DNA of 32,000 nt from Clostridia bacterium (GTDB lineage Bacteria > Bacillota > Clostridia > UMGS1883). The stretch's first letter is position 1; every line of letters starts with the position of its first letter. A program made the translations under genes and the position numbers. Where the stretch lies: assembly GCA_017472685.1 (NCBI GenBank), contig JAFUOO010000013.1, forward strand, positions 78,964 through 110,963, written 5' to 3'. Below, piece by piece: positions 8,407 to 22,682 of this stretch. The notes below the pieces were generated by a model, which saw nothing but the letters and a program-made list of their open reading frames with translations, made no database searches and was not told the origin of the DNA.

Positions 8407-10710
8407 ATGATAAAGAAAATAACGGCAATAGTGCTTTCTCTTGCAATGCTCTTTTCTACTGCATCCTTTGCGGCAACCTTTACGGATGTTGCTATGGATG
8501 GCAGTGAGGCAAGCGATGCTGTAAGCGTATTGAGCGAGCTGGGCATTATTTCGGGCATGGGTGACGGCACCTTTTCGCCCTATTCCTCCCTCACAAGAGC
8601 ACAGATGGCAAAAATTGCAGTTTGCATCATGGGTAAAACACAGGAAGCTGTTGCAACCACCGACGCATTCAGCGATGTAAAGTCCACCGACTGGTACTCG
8701 GGCTATGTAAATGCCGTTGCAAAGGACGGCATTATCACAGGCTACCCCGACGGACGCTTTGGTGCAGAAGATAAACTCACCTTTGCTCAGGCAATTACAA
8801 TTGTTGTAAGACTCTTGGGCTACGATGCCTCCGATGTAGGGTACAAGTGGCCTCAGGGATATGTTGAAAAGGCGGCAGTTTTAAACCTGACAGACAACAT
8901 GAGCTTTTCTGCAAATGACGAAATAAGCCGTATCGAGGCGTCTCTTCTCATTTACCGTGCTCTTTTCACCGACATGAAGGGCACAAAGAATGCTCTTGTA
9001 ACAAAGATGGATAAAAATGTTTACGAGGACACCGTAATTCTTGCCACAAACAATGAAAACGCAGCACTTCTTGCAGATGAGGTGCAGACAGACAAAGCCA
9101 CATTTACCTTTGACGAAGCAGTTTTTGATATGGCAGGCGCAGTGGGCAAGGAAGGCACAGTTGTTGTAAACGATGAAAACAAGGTTATTGCCTTCGTTGA
9201 AGACGAAAATTTTGAAAGTGAAAGCTACACGGTTTCTGCAGTGTACCGCGAAAGCAATTCCGACTATGTGTCTTTGATTACGCAGAAGGGCGGAACGGTG
9301 CTTGTAAGCTGCAAGGCAAAGGTTTATCTCGGCGGTGCAGAGTATACTGGCGAAAAGCTTACAGAGGGCTTAAACGCGGGAAGTAACGTTACACTTTTCA
9401 AGGAAGACGGCTCTCTCAAGTATGTGTTTGTTGAAGAGTACAAAAACCAGGGACCTGTTACGGTAATTAATACAGACACCGTGAAGAATATATTCAATGT
9501 GACCGATAGTGACAGTGCAAAGGTTATAAGAAAAGGCATAGCTGCAACCTGGGACGATATCGAAATGTACGATGTTCTGTACTATTCTGAAAAAACCAAC
9601 ACAATCTACGCTTATTGCGACAGAGTGACAGGCATGTATGAAGAGGCATATCCCATGAAGGCAAATGTAACACGTGTTACTGTTTCCGGCACGGAATACA
9701 ATCTCTCCTCAATGACTGCCGTAAACAAGCTCAATGAATCAAAGGGCGCATTTTCCATAGGCGATAGGGTAACACTTCTCTTCGGCGAGGATGGCTCGGT
9801 TGTGGATGCCGTAAGCCTTACCTATGCTGACTACTCCATGTATGGTGTTGTTACAGGCTCGGGAAGTGAACTCAGTGAGGAGGAAAAGGGCAGAAGCCAG
9901 TACTATGTGAACGTTCTGCATACTGACGGAGAAAGCGTTAAGTATATTGTTAAGGACGACTCCTACGAGGAAGCGGCAGGCAAGCTCTGCATAGTAGACT
10001 TTGAAAATTCCTACGCAGTGCTGGAATTTGTCTCTGCCTCCTACATAACAGGCTATGTAAATAAAAGCTCAGGCACAATCGGCTCAAAGAAGCTTGCCAA
10101 CGATGTGAAAATATTTGAATGTACAGACGAGAGTGAAACCCAGGCAACTGTTTCGGCTGTGAAAATATCCGACATTGACAAGGTGACTCTTGCAAAAAAG
10201 GCTGTTAAAAACGTTGTGTATAACAAAAGAGGGGAAATAGCTCTGCTTTATCTTGACGATGTTACAGGCAACAGCAGTATATACGGCATTGTCATTGACG
10301 ACCCCGGCTCTTACGTTAAAGACGGAGAGAAGGAGAATGTGAAAGCAGGAGCATACACCATTCTTAACAACAACACAAAATACACCTATAACGGCACACA
10401 CACCTCTATAAGAACGGGTGACTGTGTTGAATATAAAAAGGGTGCATCCGGCACAGAGATAAAAGAGCTTGTACAGATTGCAACGGGGAGCGTTATTGAC
10501 GATTGCACCGACAACGTTATCACTGTAAACGGAAAACAGTACATTCTGGCAGATAACGCAACAGTGTATGCAGGCGAACGTGATTCCTCCTTGAAGTCAA
10601 TTTCATGGGAGGATGCAGTGGGTCTGGAAGGAAGGGTTGCACTCTTCTCTGAAAAATCAACAAATAGCGGTGGAAAAATCCGCGTTGTGAGAATTTACAC
10701 TGCTCAGTAA
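8407..10710 (+). CDS. Secreted S-layer-homology (SLH) domain protein with large beta-rich C-terminal region
   Basis: Signal peptide (MIKKITAIVLSLAMLFSTASFA). Tandem SLH repeats follow (FTDV...GIISGMGDGTFSPYSSLTRAQMAKI; FSDV...GIITGYPDGRFGAEDKLTFAQAITIVVRLLG). The gene starts 23 nt after the permease stop and has an AGGAGA RBS. Confidence 0.85.
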   Translation: MIKKITAIVLSLAMLFSTASFAATFTDVAMDGSEASDAVSVLSELGIISGMGDGTFSPYSSLTRAQMAKIAVCIMGKTQEAVATTDAFSDVKSTDWYSGYVNAVAKDGIITGYPDGRFGAEDKLTFAQAITIVVRLLGYDASDVGYKWPQGYVEKAAVLNLTDNMSFSANDEISRIEASLLIYRALFTDMKGTKNALVTKMDKNVYEDTVILATNNENAALLADEVQTDKATFTFDEAVFDMAGAVGKEGTVVVNDENKVIAFVEDENFESESYTVSAVYRESNSDYVSLITQKGGTVLVSCKAKVYLGGAEYTGEKLTEGLNAGSNVTLFKEDGSLKYVFVEEYKNQGPVTVINTDTVKNIFNVTDSDSAKVIRKGIAATWDDIEMYDVLYYSEKTNTIYAYCDRVTGMYEEAYPMKANVTRVTVSGTEYNLSSMTAVNKLNESKGAFSIGDRVTLLFGEDGSVVDAVSLTYADYSMYGVVTGSGSELSEEEKGRSQYYVNVLHTDGESVKYIVKDDSYEEAAGKLCIVDFENSYAVLEFVSASYITGYVNKSSGTIGSKKLANDVKIFECTDESETQATVSAVKISDIDKVTLAKKAVKNVVYNKRGEIALLYLDDVTGNSSIYGIVIDDPGSYVKDGEKENVKAGAYTILNNNTKYTYNGTHTSIRTGDCVEYKKGASGTEIKELVQIATGSVIDDCTDNVITVNGKQYILADNATVYAGERDSSLKSISWEDAVGLEGRVALFSEKSTNSGGKIRVVRIYTAQ

Positions 10711-10731
10711 AAACCGATGGCATAAATAACT

Positions 10732-10775
10732 AAAAACAAGAAGTGATTAAGCAATCACTTCTTGTTTTTTTGCAT
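10732..10775 (+). terminator. Strong intrinsic terminator after the SLH gene
   Basis: 17-bp stem AAAAACAAGAAGTGATT / AATCACTTCTTGTTTTT, 4-nt loop, T-run. Confidence 0.8.
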
Positions 10776-10781
10776 TCGGTA

Positions 10782-10790
10782 TGATATAAT
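10782..10790 (+). promoter_or_regulatory. Extended -10 promoter element upstream of mutS
   Basis: TGaTATAAT at 10782-10790, about 30 nt upstream of the mutS ATG. No good -35 element was seen. Confidence 0.4.
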
Positions 10791-10819
10791 TTTAATATTA
10801 ACGACAGGGGGTAATACCT

Positions 10820-13390
10820 ATGGCAGAAATGACTCCGATGATGAAGCAATATCTCCAGATAAAGGAAGAAAATAAAGATGCAATCCTCATGTTCCGTTTG
10901 GGGGATTTTTACGAAATGTTCTTTGACGATGCCGTTACCGCATCCAGAGAATTAGAGCTCACACTTACAGGCCGTGATTGCGGTCAGGAGGAACGTGCAC
11001 CCATGTGCGGTGTGCCCTTTCATGCAGCACAGGTTTATATTTCGCGCCTTGTTGCAAAGGGCTACAAGGTGGCAATCTGCGAGCAGGTTGAAGACCCCAA
11101 GGAAGCTGTCGGCATTGTAAAAAGAGAGGTTATCCGCATTGTTACCCCCGGCACAAACCTTGATGACGGCGTGATAAACAGCCAGAACACAAATTATATT
11201 GGTGCCGTTTTAAGGGTAGGATTTAAAAACGCCCTTGTTTTTGCCGATGTGGCATCGGGCGAAATTACAGGCACCGTTATTGAAAACGACAGCGAGGGCA
11301 GTCTTCTGGTAAATGAGCTTGCACGCTTTTCACCCGTTGAGCTTGCACTTGGCGGCGAAGCGGCTGAAAACAAGGCTCTTTCAAGCTATCTTGACGCTGT
11401 GACGGGCACTTTGTGTTTCGCCTTTGATAGTGATGCGATGGCAAAGGAAGCAAAGCAGGTTGTAACAGCTCAGCTTAAGAACTATGCTGAAATTGAAGAC
11501 GAAGACTTACTTACGGCAACAGGTGCCATTATTTCATACATAAACGAAACACAGAAATCCAAGGTGCCCCATTTGAGAGAAATTTCTTTATACACCTCAG
11601 GGCAGTTTGTGGAAATTGATGCGGCAACAAGACGTAACCTGGAGCTTACGGAAACTATGCGCGAAAAGCAGAAGCGCGGCTCGCTGTACGGCGTTCTTGA
11701 CAAGACAAAAACAGCCATGGGCTCACGTGTTATGAAAAGCTGGATAGTGCGCCCCTTGGTTAACGCTGTGCACATAACAAACAGGCTTGATGCCGTTGAG
11801 GAAATGGTGAAAAACCTGGCACTCCGTGAGGATATTGCCGAATACATTTCAAAAATATGGGACGTTGAAAGGCTGATGGCTCGTGTGAGCCTTAAAATGG
11901 CTAACGCAAAGGATTTGGTGGCACTGCGTGAATCCTTCTGTCATCTTCCTGCAATTAAAAATCTTTTAAAGGACACAAAGAGCGTGTATCTGTCCTACCG
12001 CGAGGGCAAAATTGACCCATTGGAGGATATATACAGCCTTCTTAACAGCGCGATTGTGGACGAGCCACCCGTGAGCCTGCGTGAGGGAGGCATTATAAAG
12101 CCCGGCTACGATGAGGAGATTGACAAATTAAAGCAGTCGGCATCGAAGGGCAAGGAATACATTGCATCCTTAGAGGCTAAGGAGAGGGAAAGAACAGGCA
12201 TCAAAAACCTCAAGGTAGGCTTCAACAAGGTTTTCGGATATTATATTGATGTTTCCAAGGGTAACCTTGGCAAGGTGCCTGAGGATTACATAAGAAAGCA
12301 GACCCTTGTAAACAACGAAAGATTTATTACCCTTGAGCTGAAAGAGGCTGAAAGTGCTGTTTTAGGCGCACAGGAAAGGCTCGTGGAGCTTGAATACAAC
12401 GCCTTTGTAGCCGTAAGGGAAAGGGTAAGCGAGGCAATGGAGCGTATTGCTGCTACTGCAAGGGCTGTTGCAGAGGTTGATGCTGTTTATGCCCTGGCAA
12501 CAGTTGCGGTAAAGAATAATTACACAAAGCCCACTATCACCACAGGTAACGAGCTTTCCGTTACAGACGGCAGACACCCCGTTGTTGAAAAGCTCACACG
12601 AGGCGTATTTGTGCCTAACGACACAAAGCTTGACGAAGGTGTTCAGTCCATGGTAATTACAGGCCCCAACATGGCAGGTAAAAGCACATACATGAGGCAA
12701 AATGCACTTATAGTGCTCATGGCACAGATGGGTAGCTTTGTGCCCGCAAGGGATTGCACTGTGGGTGTTGTTGATAAAATATTTACCCGTATAGGCGCCA
12801 GCGATGATCTGACAAAGGGACAGAGCACCTTCATGCTGGAAATGAACGAGGTAAGCTATATACTGAAAAATGCTACAAAGAAGAGCCTTGTCATACTTGA
12901 CGAAATCGGACGAGGCACATCAACCTTTGACGGGCTTTCCATTGCATGGGCTGTTATGGAGCACATTGCAAAGAAGGTAAAGGCAAAAACACTTTTTGCA
13001 ACACACTATCATGAGCTTTCCGTTTTAGAGAACGAGCTTGAGGGTGTGAAGAACTTTAACACAGCCTGCAAAAAGCGCGGCGACGAAATTACCTTCCTGC
13101 GCAAAATTGTGCCCGGCAGTGCCGAGGCAAGCTACGGTATCGAGGTTGCCTCATTGGCAGGTGTGCCCATGAGCGTAGTAAAACGTGCAAAGGAAATTCT
13201 CGCAAGCGTTGAAAAGGGCGAGAGCGTAGAGGTTAAGTCAAACAAAAAAACTGAGGACAGCTTCCAGCTGGGCTTTGGCATGGTAAACCCTGTAGTGGAT
13301 GAGCTTAAAAGCATTGACCCCACAACACTTACTCCTATTGAAGCCATGAACAAGCTGTACGAGCTTTGCCAGAAGGCAAAAAACAATTGA
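10820..13390 (+). CDS. mutS: DNA mismatch repair protein MutS
   Basis: N-terminal MTPMMKQYLQIKEE...GDFYEMFFDDA mismatch-binding motif. Walker A GPNMAGKST and the ATPase motifs ILDEIGRGTSTFDG and THYHEL are present. Confidence 0.97.
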   Translation: MAEMTPMMKQYLQIKEENKDAILMFRLGDFYEMFFDDAVTASRELELTLTGRDCGQEERAPMCGVPFHAAQVYISRLVAKGYKVAICEQVEDPKEAVGIVKREVIRIVTPGTNLDDGVINSQNTNYIGAVLRVGFKNALVFADVASGEITGTVIENDSEGSLLVNELARFSPVELALGGEAAENKALSSYLDAVTGTLCFAFDSDAMAKEAKQVVTAQLKNYAEIEDEDLLTATGAIISYINETQKSKVPHLREISLYTSGQFVEIDAATRRNLELTETMREKQKRGSLYGVLDKTKTAMGSRVMKSWIVRPLVNAVHITNRLDAVEEMVKNLALREDIAEYISKIWDVERLMARVSLKMANAKDLVALRESFCHLPAIKNLLKDTKSVYLSYREGKIDPLEDIYSLLNSAIVDEPPVSLREGGIIKPGYDEEIDKLKQSASKGKEYIASLEAKERERTGIKNLKVGFNKVFGYYIDVSKGNLGKVPEDYIRKQTLVNNERFITLELKEAESAVLGAQERLVELEYNAFVAVRERVSEAMERIAATARAVAEVDAVYALATVAVKNNYTKPTITTGNELSVTDGRHPVVEKLTRGVFVPNDTKLDEGVQSMVITGPNMAGKSTYMRQNALIVLMAQMGSFVPARDCTVGVVDKIFTRIGASDDLTKGQSTFMLEMNEVSYILKNATKKSLVILDEIGRGTSTFDGLSIAWAVMEHIAKKVKAKTLFATHYHELSVLENELEGVKNFNTACKKRGDEITFLRKIVPGSAEASYGIEVASLAGVPMSVVKRAKEILASVEKGESVEVKSNKKTEDSFQLGFGMVNPVVDELKSIDPTTLTPIEAMNKLYELCQKAKNN

Positions 13391-13425
13391 AATTGATTAC
13401 ATGATAGCGTAAACGAGGTGATATA

Positions 13426-15348
13426 ATGGGAAAAATCAATATACTTGATAAGTCCGTGGCGGAAAAAATTGCCGCAGGTGAGGTTGTTGAAAGACCGTCC
13501 AGCGTTGTTAAAGAGCTTATAGAAAACAGCTTTGATGCTATGGCAACAAGCGTTACCGTTGAAATTGAAAAGGGCGGTACAAGCTACATCCGTGTTACGG
13601 ACAACGGCTCGGGTATTGCCTCAGAGGATGTTGCAACGGCGTTTTTAAGACATGCCACCAGCAAAATAAAAGACGAGGGCGACCTTGAAAGCATTGCCAC
13701 CTTAGGCTTTCGCGGTGAGGCACTCTGCTCTATAAGCGCCGTGAGCCGTACGGAAATGATTACCCGCACAAAGGACGAGGAAATGGGCATGTACATGGTT
13801 GTTGAGGGCGGCGAAACCAAGGACTATCATGCGGCGGGCTGTCCCTTGGGTACTACAATCACAGTGCGCAATCTGTTCTTTAACACACCGGCACGAATGA
13901 AGTTTTTAAAGAAGGATGCAACCGAGGCGGCATATATAACCGACATATGCCAGAGAGCGGCGCTCAGCCACCCCGATGTTTCCTTCCGCTATATACGTGA
14001 TGGTAAGGACATTTTCTTCACCCCCGGTGACTGCAGGATAGAAAACACAGTAAGAGCCATATTCGGTAAGGATATTTCCACCGCTATGGTTGAGGTTAAT
14101 GCCAAGGATGGCATTTATGAAATAACGGGGCTTACAGGGTCAAACAATCTTTCGCGCCCCAACAGAAATATGCAGTATTTCTTTGTAAATAACCGCCTTG
14201 TGAAAAGTGCACTTTTGTCAATGGCGCTTTCCGAGGCTTATAAAAATGAGCTCATGGTGGGCAAATTCCCTGTGTGCGTCATTGACATATCACTTCCCTG
14301 CGACATGGTGGATGTTAACGTGCATCCTGCAAAAACCGAGGTTAAATTCATAAACGAGGAAGAGGTTTACAGAAGCGTGGTTATGGCTGTAAGGAATGCC
14401 ATAATGAAAAATGCCAAGGGAGAAAACCCCTTAAGGCAGGCACATAACGCCTTTAAAACCGCAATTGAAACACCAAAGGTTGTGCAGGAGGCTTTTAAAG
14501 AAACACGAAACGTGAGCGTAAAGCCGGCTTTCACACCCATAAAGCCGGAAGCGGTTATAAGGGAAGAGAAAAAGCCGTTATTTACTCCCGTTAACAAGCC
14601 TAAAAAGCAAACCGCATCAACTCCCGAGGAGCTGCCTGTAAAGAAGATTGAAGCATTGCAGGTGAGAGAGGATGCCGTGCCTGTGCAGGTAAAGGAAGAG
14701 TTTAAGGCGGAAATGCCTGCTGTAGAAAAGCCTGCTCAGACGGTGCAGCCTGAGGAGAAGAAAACCGAAATTGTTGTTGAAATACCCGATTTCAGAGTTA
14801 TCGGTCAGCTTTTCGGCACATATATTATTCTTGAAAGCGACAACGAAATGCTGCTTATTGACCAGCATGCGGCACACGAGAGAATAAAGTATGAGCAGAT
14901 TAAAAACCAGGGCTGCATGAAGCAGACGGTGCTCATTCCTTTGGCGGTTACCCTTACCGCCCGTGAAATGGCAGTGTGGGAGGAAAACAGAGAGTTTTTT
15001 GACACTGTAGGCTTTGAAAGCGACCAATTCGGAACAGACAGCATTATTGTGCGCGCCTTCCCCTCAGACATTGACTACGAGGACGGCGAGGCTCTTTTAG
15101 TAGAGCTTATAGGCTCCTTCATGGGCCAGGAAAAGGGCTCGGTCAGCTATTTAAGGGACAAGGCTGTTTATACTGTTGCCTGCAAGGCGGCGATAAAGGC
15201 TAACAAGATACTTTCTTTCAAGGAAATGGAAGAGCTGGTAAAGCAGACCTTTGCCTTGGAGGGTATATCAACATGTCCTCACGGCAGACCCATAAAGGTT
15301 AAAATGACAAAGTACCAGATTGAAAAAATGTTTAAAAGGATAGTTTGA
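13426..15348 (+). CDS. mutL: DNA mismatch repair protein MutL
   Basis: GHKL ATPase N-terminus (IAAGEVVERPSSVVKELIENSFDA, DNGSGI, GFRGEAL). The C-terminal dimerisation/endonuclease region carries DQHAAHERIKYE and CPHGRP motifs. Confidence 0.97.
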   Translation: MGKINILDKSVAEKIAAGEVVERPSSVVKELIENSFDAMATSVTVEIEKGGTSYIRVTDNGSGIASEDVATAFLRHATSKIKDEGDLESIATLGFRGEALCSISAVSRTEMITRTKDEEMGMYMVVEGGETKDYHAAGCPLGTTITVRNLFFNTPARMKFLKKDATEAAYITDICQRAALSHPDVSFRYIRDGKDIFFTPGDCRIENTVRAIFGKDISTAMVEVNAKDGIYEITGLTGSNNLSRPNRNMQYFFVNNRLVKSALLSMALSEAYKNELMVGKFPVCVIDISLPCDMVDVNVHPAKTEVKFINEEEVYRSVVMAVRNAIMKNAKGENPLRQAHNAFKTAIETPKVVQEAFKETRNVSVKPAFTPIKPEAVIREEKKPLFTPVNKPKKQTASTPEELPVKKIEALQVREDAVPVQVKEEFKAEMPAVEKPAQTVQPEEKKTEIVVEIPDFRVIGQLFGTYIILESDNEMLLIDQHAAHERIKYEQIKNQGCMKQTVLIPLAVTLTAREMAVWEENREFFDTVGFESDQFGTDSIIVRAFPSDIDYEDGEALLVELIGSFMGQEKGSVSYLRDKAVYTVACKAAIKANKILSFKEMEELVKQTFALEGISTCPHGRPIKVKMTKYQIEKMFKRIV

Positions 15349-16265
15349 TGAAGAATATTATTGTTATAGTCGGTGCAACAGCTTCGGGGAAAACGGCTCT
15401 TGCAATTAAACTGGCAAAGCATTTTAACGGCGAGGTTGTATCTGCAGATTCAATGCAGGTATATAAAAATATGGACATAGGCACTGCAAAGCCCGACAAA
15501 GAAGAAATGGACGGCGTAGTGCATCATATGCTCTCCGTGGCAGAGCCCACCGAAAGCTACAGCGCAAAGGATTTTATTGAGGGCGCAAAGACTGCCATTG
15601 ACAGTATTATAAGCCGCGGCAAGCTGCCTATTATTGCGGGCGGTACGGGCATGTATGTTGACCTTCTCACGGGAAGGATGGATTTTGACGCTCCTGCGGG
15701 AGATGAGGCTCTAAGAGCAGAGCTCAATGCTCTTTACGAGGAAAAGGGGCTCGATGCACTTTACGAGGTTTTCCTTAAAGAAGCAGGGGAGTATGAGGGT
15801 AAAATCCATAAGAATGACGTAAAAAGAGTAATGCGTGCAATCGAGAGAGCTCGCTGCGGATTTGAAAAAAGCGAAAAAACAACAGAAAATGAGTATAATT
15901 CTGTGTGGTTTGCTATTGATATTGACAGGGAAAAACTGTATAATAAAATAAATGACCGTGTGGACATTATGCTCAATAGCGGTCTTGTGGAGGAAGTGAA
16001 GCGCGTTGTACTGCCCGTGAGGGATAAGTGCACAACCTCACTTGCGGGAATCGGGTACAAGGAAGTTCTCATGTATCTTGACGGTGACATTACCTATGAG
16101 GACATGACGGAGCTTATAAAAAAGCGCTCGAGGAATTATGCCAAAAGACAGCTCACATGGTTCAGACGAAACAAGGAAATACACTGGCTCAATGCAGAGG
16201 ATGCATTCCGGGAGGCAGTGAAAATAATTAACGAAGGGATAGATAAAAATGAAAACAGCAACTAA
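15348..16265 (+). CDS. miaA: tRNA dimethylallyltransferase MiaA
   Basis: P-loop GATASGKT, then [18 protein letters not shown] and GGTGMY motifs. The track start TTG 15345 is followed by ATG 15348, which overlaps the mutL TGA by 1 nt (TGATG). Confidence 0.95.
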   Translation: MKNIIVIVGATASGKTALAIKLAKHFNGEVVSADSMQVYKNMDIGTAKPDKEEMDGVVHHMLSVAEPTESYSAKDFIEGAKTAIDSIISRGKLPIIAGGTGMYVDLLTGRMDFDAPAGDEALRAELNALYEEKGLDALYEVFLKEAGEYEGKIHKNDVKRVMRAIERARCGFEKSEKTTENEYNSVWFAIDIDREKLYNKINDRVDIMLNSGLVEEVKRVVLPVRDKCTTSLAGIGYKEVLMYLDGDITYEDMTELIKKRSRNYAKRQLTWFRRNKEIHWLNAEDAFREAVKIINEGIDKNENSN

Positions 16266-16494
16266 TCTTCAGGATGTATTTTTAAATCAGGTAAGAAAGG
16301 ACCGTACTCCCATTACAATCTTTCTGGTAAACGGTTACCAGCTTCGCGGATTGGTAAGAGGCTTTGACAACTACATAATCATTCTTGATTCCGATGGTAA
16401 ACAGCAGATGGTTTACAAGCATGCAGTTTCCACAATAAGCCCCTTGGTGCCCGTGAGATTTGTGGCAGCAGAGACGGAAGAAGCAGATGACTAA
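16249..16494 (+). CDS. hfq: RNA chaperone Hfq
   Basis: Sm1/Sm2 motifs are present ([40 protein letters not shown]...[10 protein letters not shown]). The start overlaps the miaA 3' end by 17 nt. Confidence 0.95.
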   Translation: MKTATNLQDVFLNQVRKDRTPITIFLVNGYQLRGLVRGFDNYIIILDSDGKQQMVYKHAVSTISPLVPVRFVAAETEEADD

Positions 16495-17688
16495 GAAAGT
16501 AAACACCTTTATTGCAATTATACTTATATGCGCAATAGCAATTGTGGTTGTGAACTGCTTCAGAGCTGAAAATGCACCCTACATTAAATACACTGCCAGA
16601 GTGGGCACATACGTTGTGTCGGTAGAAGCAGATGCATTGGTTGTAAGGGATGAATACATTGTTCAGCCCGGGCTTACAGGCATTATGGAGCCTGCAGTTT
16701 CCGAGGGCGAAAGGGTTTCTGCCTATGCACGTCTCGGTGCGGTTATAACAGGTGAAATTGATAAGGACAAGGTTAACGAGCTCAATGCACTTAACCATGA
16801 AATTGATTCGCTCACACGTACACTGAGCGAGGCAGGCATACTCACCATTGCCGACGATAAGGTTGAAAGTACACTTGAATTGTCACTTGACAATCTCAGA
16901 TATGCGGCAGCTAAAAACGATACGGGCAATGCAATGCTTCAGGCGGAAAACGTTCGTATACTCACAGAGCGTAAGGCGGGGGTTGTTTCAAGCTCAACTG
17001 CCCAGGTGCGCCTTAGCGAGGCTCAGGCAAGACGTGACGAAATTGCATCATCCTTAGGCGGTGCACATAAGGAAATTTATGCTCCCGTGTCAGGCTTGTA
17101 CAGTGACAACATGGACGGGCTTGAAAACACACTTACAATTGACTGTGTAAGCAGTCTTACCCCCGAAAAAGTGGATAAATATTTCGAAGGCACAGGCGGT
17201 GTAAGCGTCGAAGGACCCTGCAAAATTATAAACAATTTCAAATGGTACGTTATATTCAACCTCCCCGAGGATGAATGCACGGGGCTTAGTGTGGGCACAA
17301 CCTACACGGTCAATTTCAAAGACCTTAACAACACCAATCTTCCGGGAACGGTGAAGTATATTTCACCCGTATCCGAGGACGGAAGATGTGCAGTGTCAAT
17401 GCAGTTTGATAAGTATATTGATGACTTCACGTCAATAAGAAAGACAGGCATTGAAATTTGTCAGGAAACATACACAGGTATTTATGTACCCAGAAACGCA
17501 GTAAGCGTTCAGGAGGTACAGGGCGTATGGGTGCAGAACGAAGTATCGCTGGAATTCAGGAGCATAACCGAGGTTTACCGCTCGGACGACTTTTTGCTCG
17601 TTGACCCCGATGCTCCCGGCTTGGGCGGTCATGACAACATTGCCCTGTATGACAATATTGTACTTAATATCGACGATAAGGAGACGCC

Positions 17689-17692
<4 letters not shown>
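16487..17692 (+). CDS. Membrane-anchored HlyD/membrane-fusion-like protein (orphan, no cognate transporter adjacent)
   Basis: ATG 16487 overlaps the last hfq codons; the track's TTG 16460 is less likely. An N-terminal TM ([15 protein letters not shown]) is followed by a split lipoyl-like hairpin (...[14 protein letters not shown] / IYAPVSGLY) flanking coiled-coil segments, then a beta-rich C-terminus. Confidence 0.7.
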
Positions 17693-21538
<3,846 letters not shown>

Positions 21539-21550
21539 TAACTGACATAA

Positions 21551-21580
21551 GAAAGCCCGCCTTATCTAAGGCGGGCTTCT
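21551..21580. terminator. Bidirectional intrinsic terminator between convergent lacZ and the WecA-like gene
   Basis: AAGCCCGCC / GGCGGGCTT stem, flanked by an A-rich 5' side and a T-rich 3' side. Confidence 0.75.
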
Positions 21581-21583
21581 TCG

Positions 21584-22660
21584 TTATTTCTTTTCGCTGT
21601 TTTCGTTTTCCTCGTGGAAGGAATGCATAATTCTGGGGGTTATTACCATAAATACCACAAACAGTGCCACCACAAGAAGTAGTGCTACCATTTTTACTGC
21701 ACCTGTTGCAAGCAGGAATATTGCGAAAAGGCACAGAATAATGCACATTGCATATATAAATGCAACTGCCTGCTTCTGGCTTAAACCGCTGTCAATGAGC
21801 TTGTGGTGCAAGTGCCCGCGGTCGGGAGCCATAATGGGCTTATGGTTTTTAATTCGTCTCAAAATTGCAAAGCTTGTATCAAATATGGGCAATGCAAGAA
21901 TAAGAAGCGGAATTGCAACCGAAATAATGGCATAGCCCTTGAAAAGACCCAGAACAGATATTGTTGCAAGGGTGTAGCCTAAGAACAGAGCGCCGGTATC
22001 ACCCATAAAGAGCTTGGCTGGATTGAAATTGTAAGGGAAGAAGCCCAAACATGCGCCCGAAAGTGCAGCTGTCAGCACAACCACCAGCGAATTTCCCAAA
22101 AGAAGAGAAATGCACAGAAGTGTGATTGAGGAAATGGTTGCAACGCCTATTGCCAGACCGTCAAGACCGTCTATAAGATTCAAGGCATTTGTTATTGCCA
22201 CAATCCATAAAACTGTTAAGGGGTAGCCGAGCCAACCCAATTCAAAAACACCTGTTGCAGATACAAAGGCAGGCACGCTTATTCTTTCAATAACCACACC
22301 GAATGCCACGGGGATGATTGCAGCTAAAATCTGAATAACGAATTTGAACTTTGCACTTAAAGGGTTTCTGTCGTCAAAAATGCCTAACACAACAATTGCA
22401 ACTGCACCGAGTAAAATGCCTGTAACTGTTTTTGGCAATTCGGTAAAGATGCACACGCTCACAAGAAAGCCTAAGAATATTGCCAAGCCGCCAAGGCGTG
22501 CCTTTGGGGTTTTGTGCATACGGCGGGCATCCTTCGGCACATCCACTGCACCTATTTTATATGCCAGTTTTTTTACGAAGGGAGTTGCCGCAAAGGCAAC
22601 AACAAATGAAAGCATGAATGCAAACATCGTTATAGAGTCTGCGGTTAATTTGTAAACCAT
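21584..22660 (-). CDS. MraY/WecA-family glycosyltransferase 4 (undecaprenyl-phosphate GlcNAc-1-phosphate transferase, TagO/WecA-like)
   Basis: Polytopic membrane protein of about 10-11 TMs with the DDRNPL, NLIDGLDGLA and FMGDTGALFLGY motifs characteristic of the family. Confidence 0.9.
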   Translation of the reverse strand: MVYKLTADSITMFAFMLSFVVAFAATPFVKKLAYKIGAVDVPKDARRMHKTPKARLGGLAIFLGFLVSVCIFTELPKTVTGILLGAVAIVVLGIFDDRNPLSAKFKFVIQILAAIIPVAFGVVIERISVPAFVSATGVFELGWLGYPLTVLWIVAITNALNLIDGLDGLAIGVATISSITLLCISLLLGNSLVVVLTAALSGACLGFFPYNFNPAKLFMGDTGALFLGYTLATISVLGLFKGYAIISVAIPLLILALPIFDTSFAILRRIKNHKPIMAPDRGHLHHKLIDSGLSQKQAVAFIYAMCIILCLFAIFLLATGAVKMVALLLVVALFVVFMVITPRIMHSFHEENENSEKK

Positions 22661-22682
22661 CGAAAAAACTCCTTTCAGAAAC

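Noticed and set aside
16379-16798. 139-aa minus-strand ORF spanning the hfq / HlyD-like junction
   Set aside because: It is antisense to two well-supported, translationally coupled genes. It has no signals or motifs.
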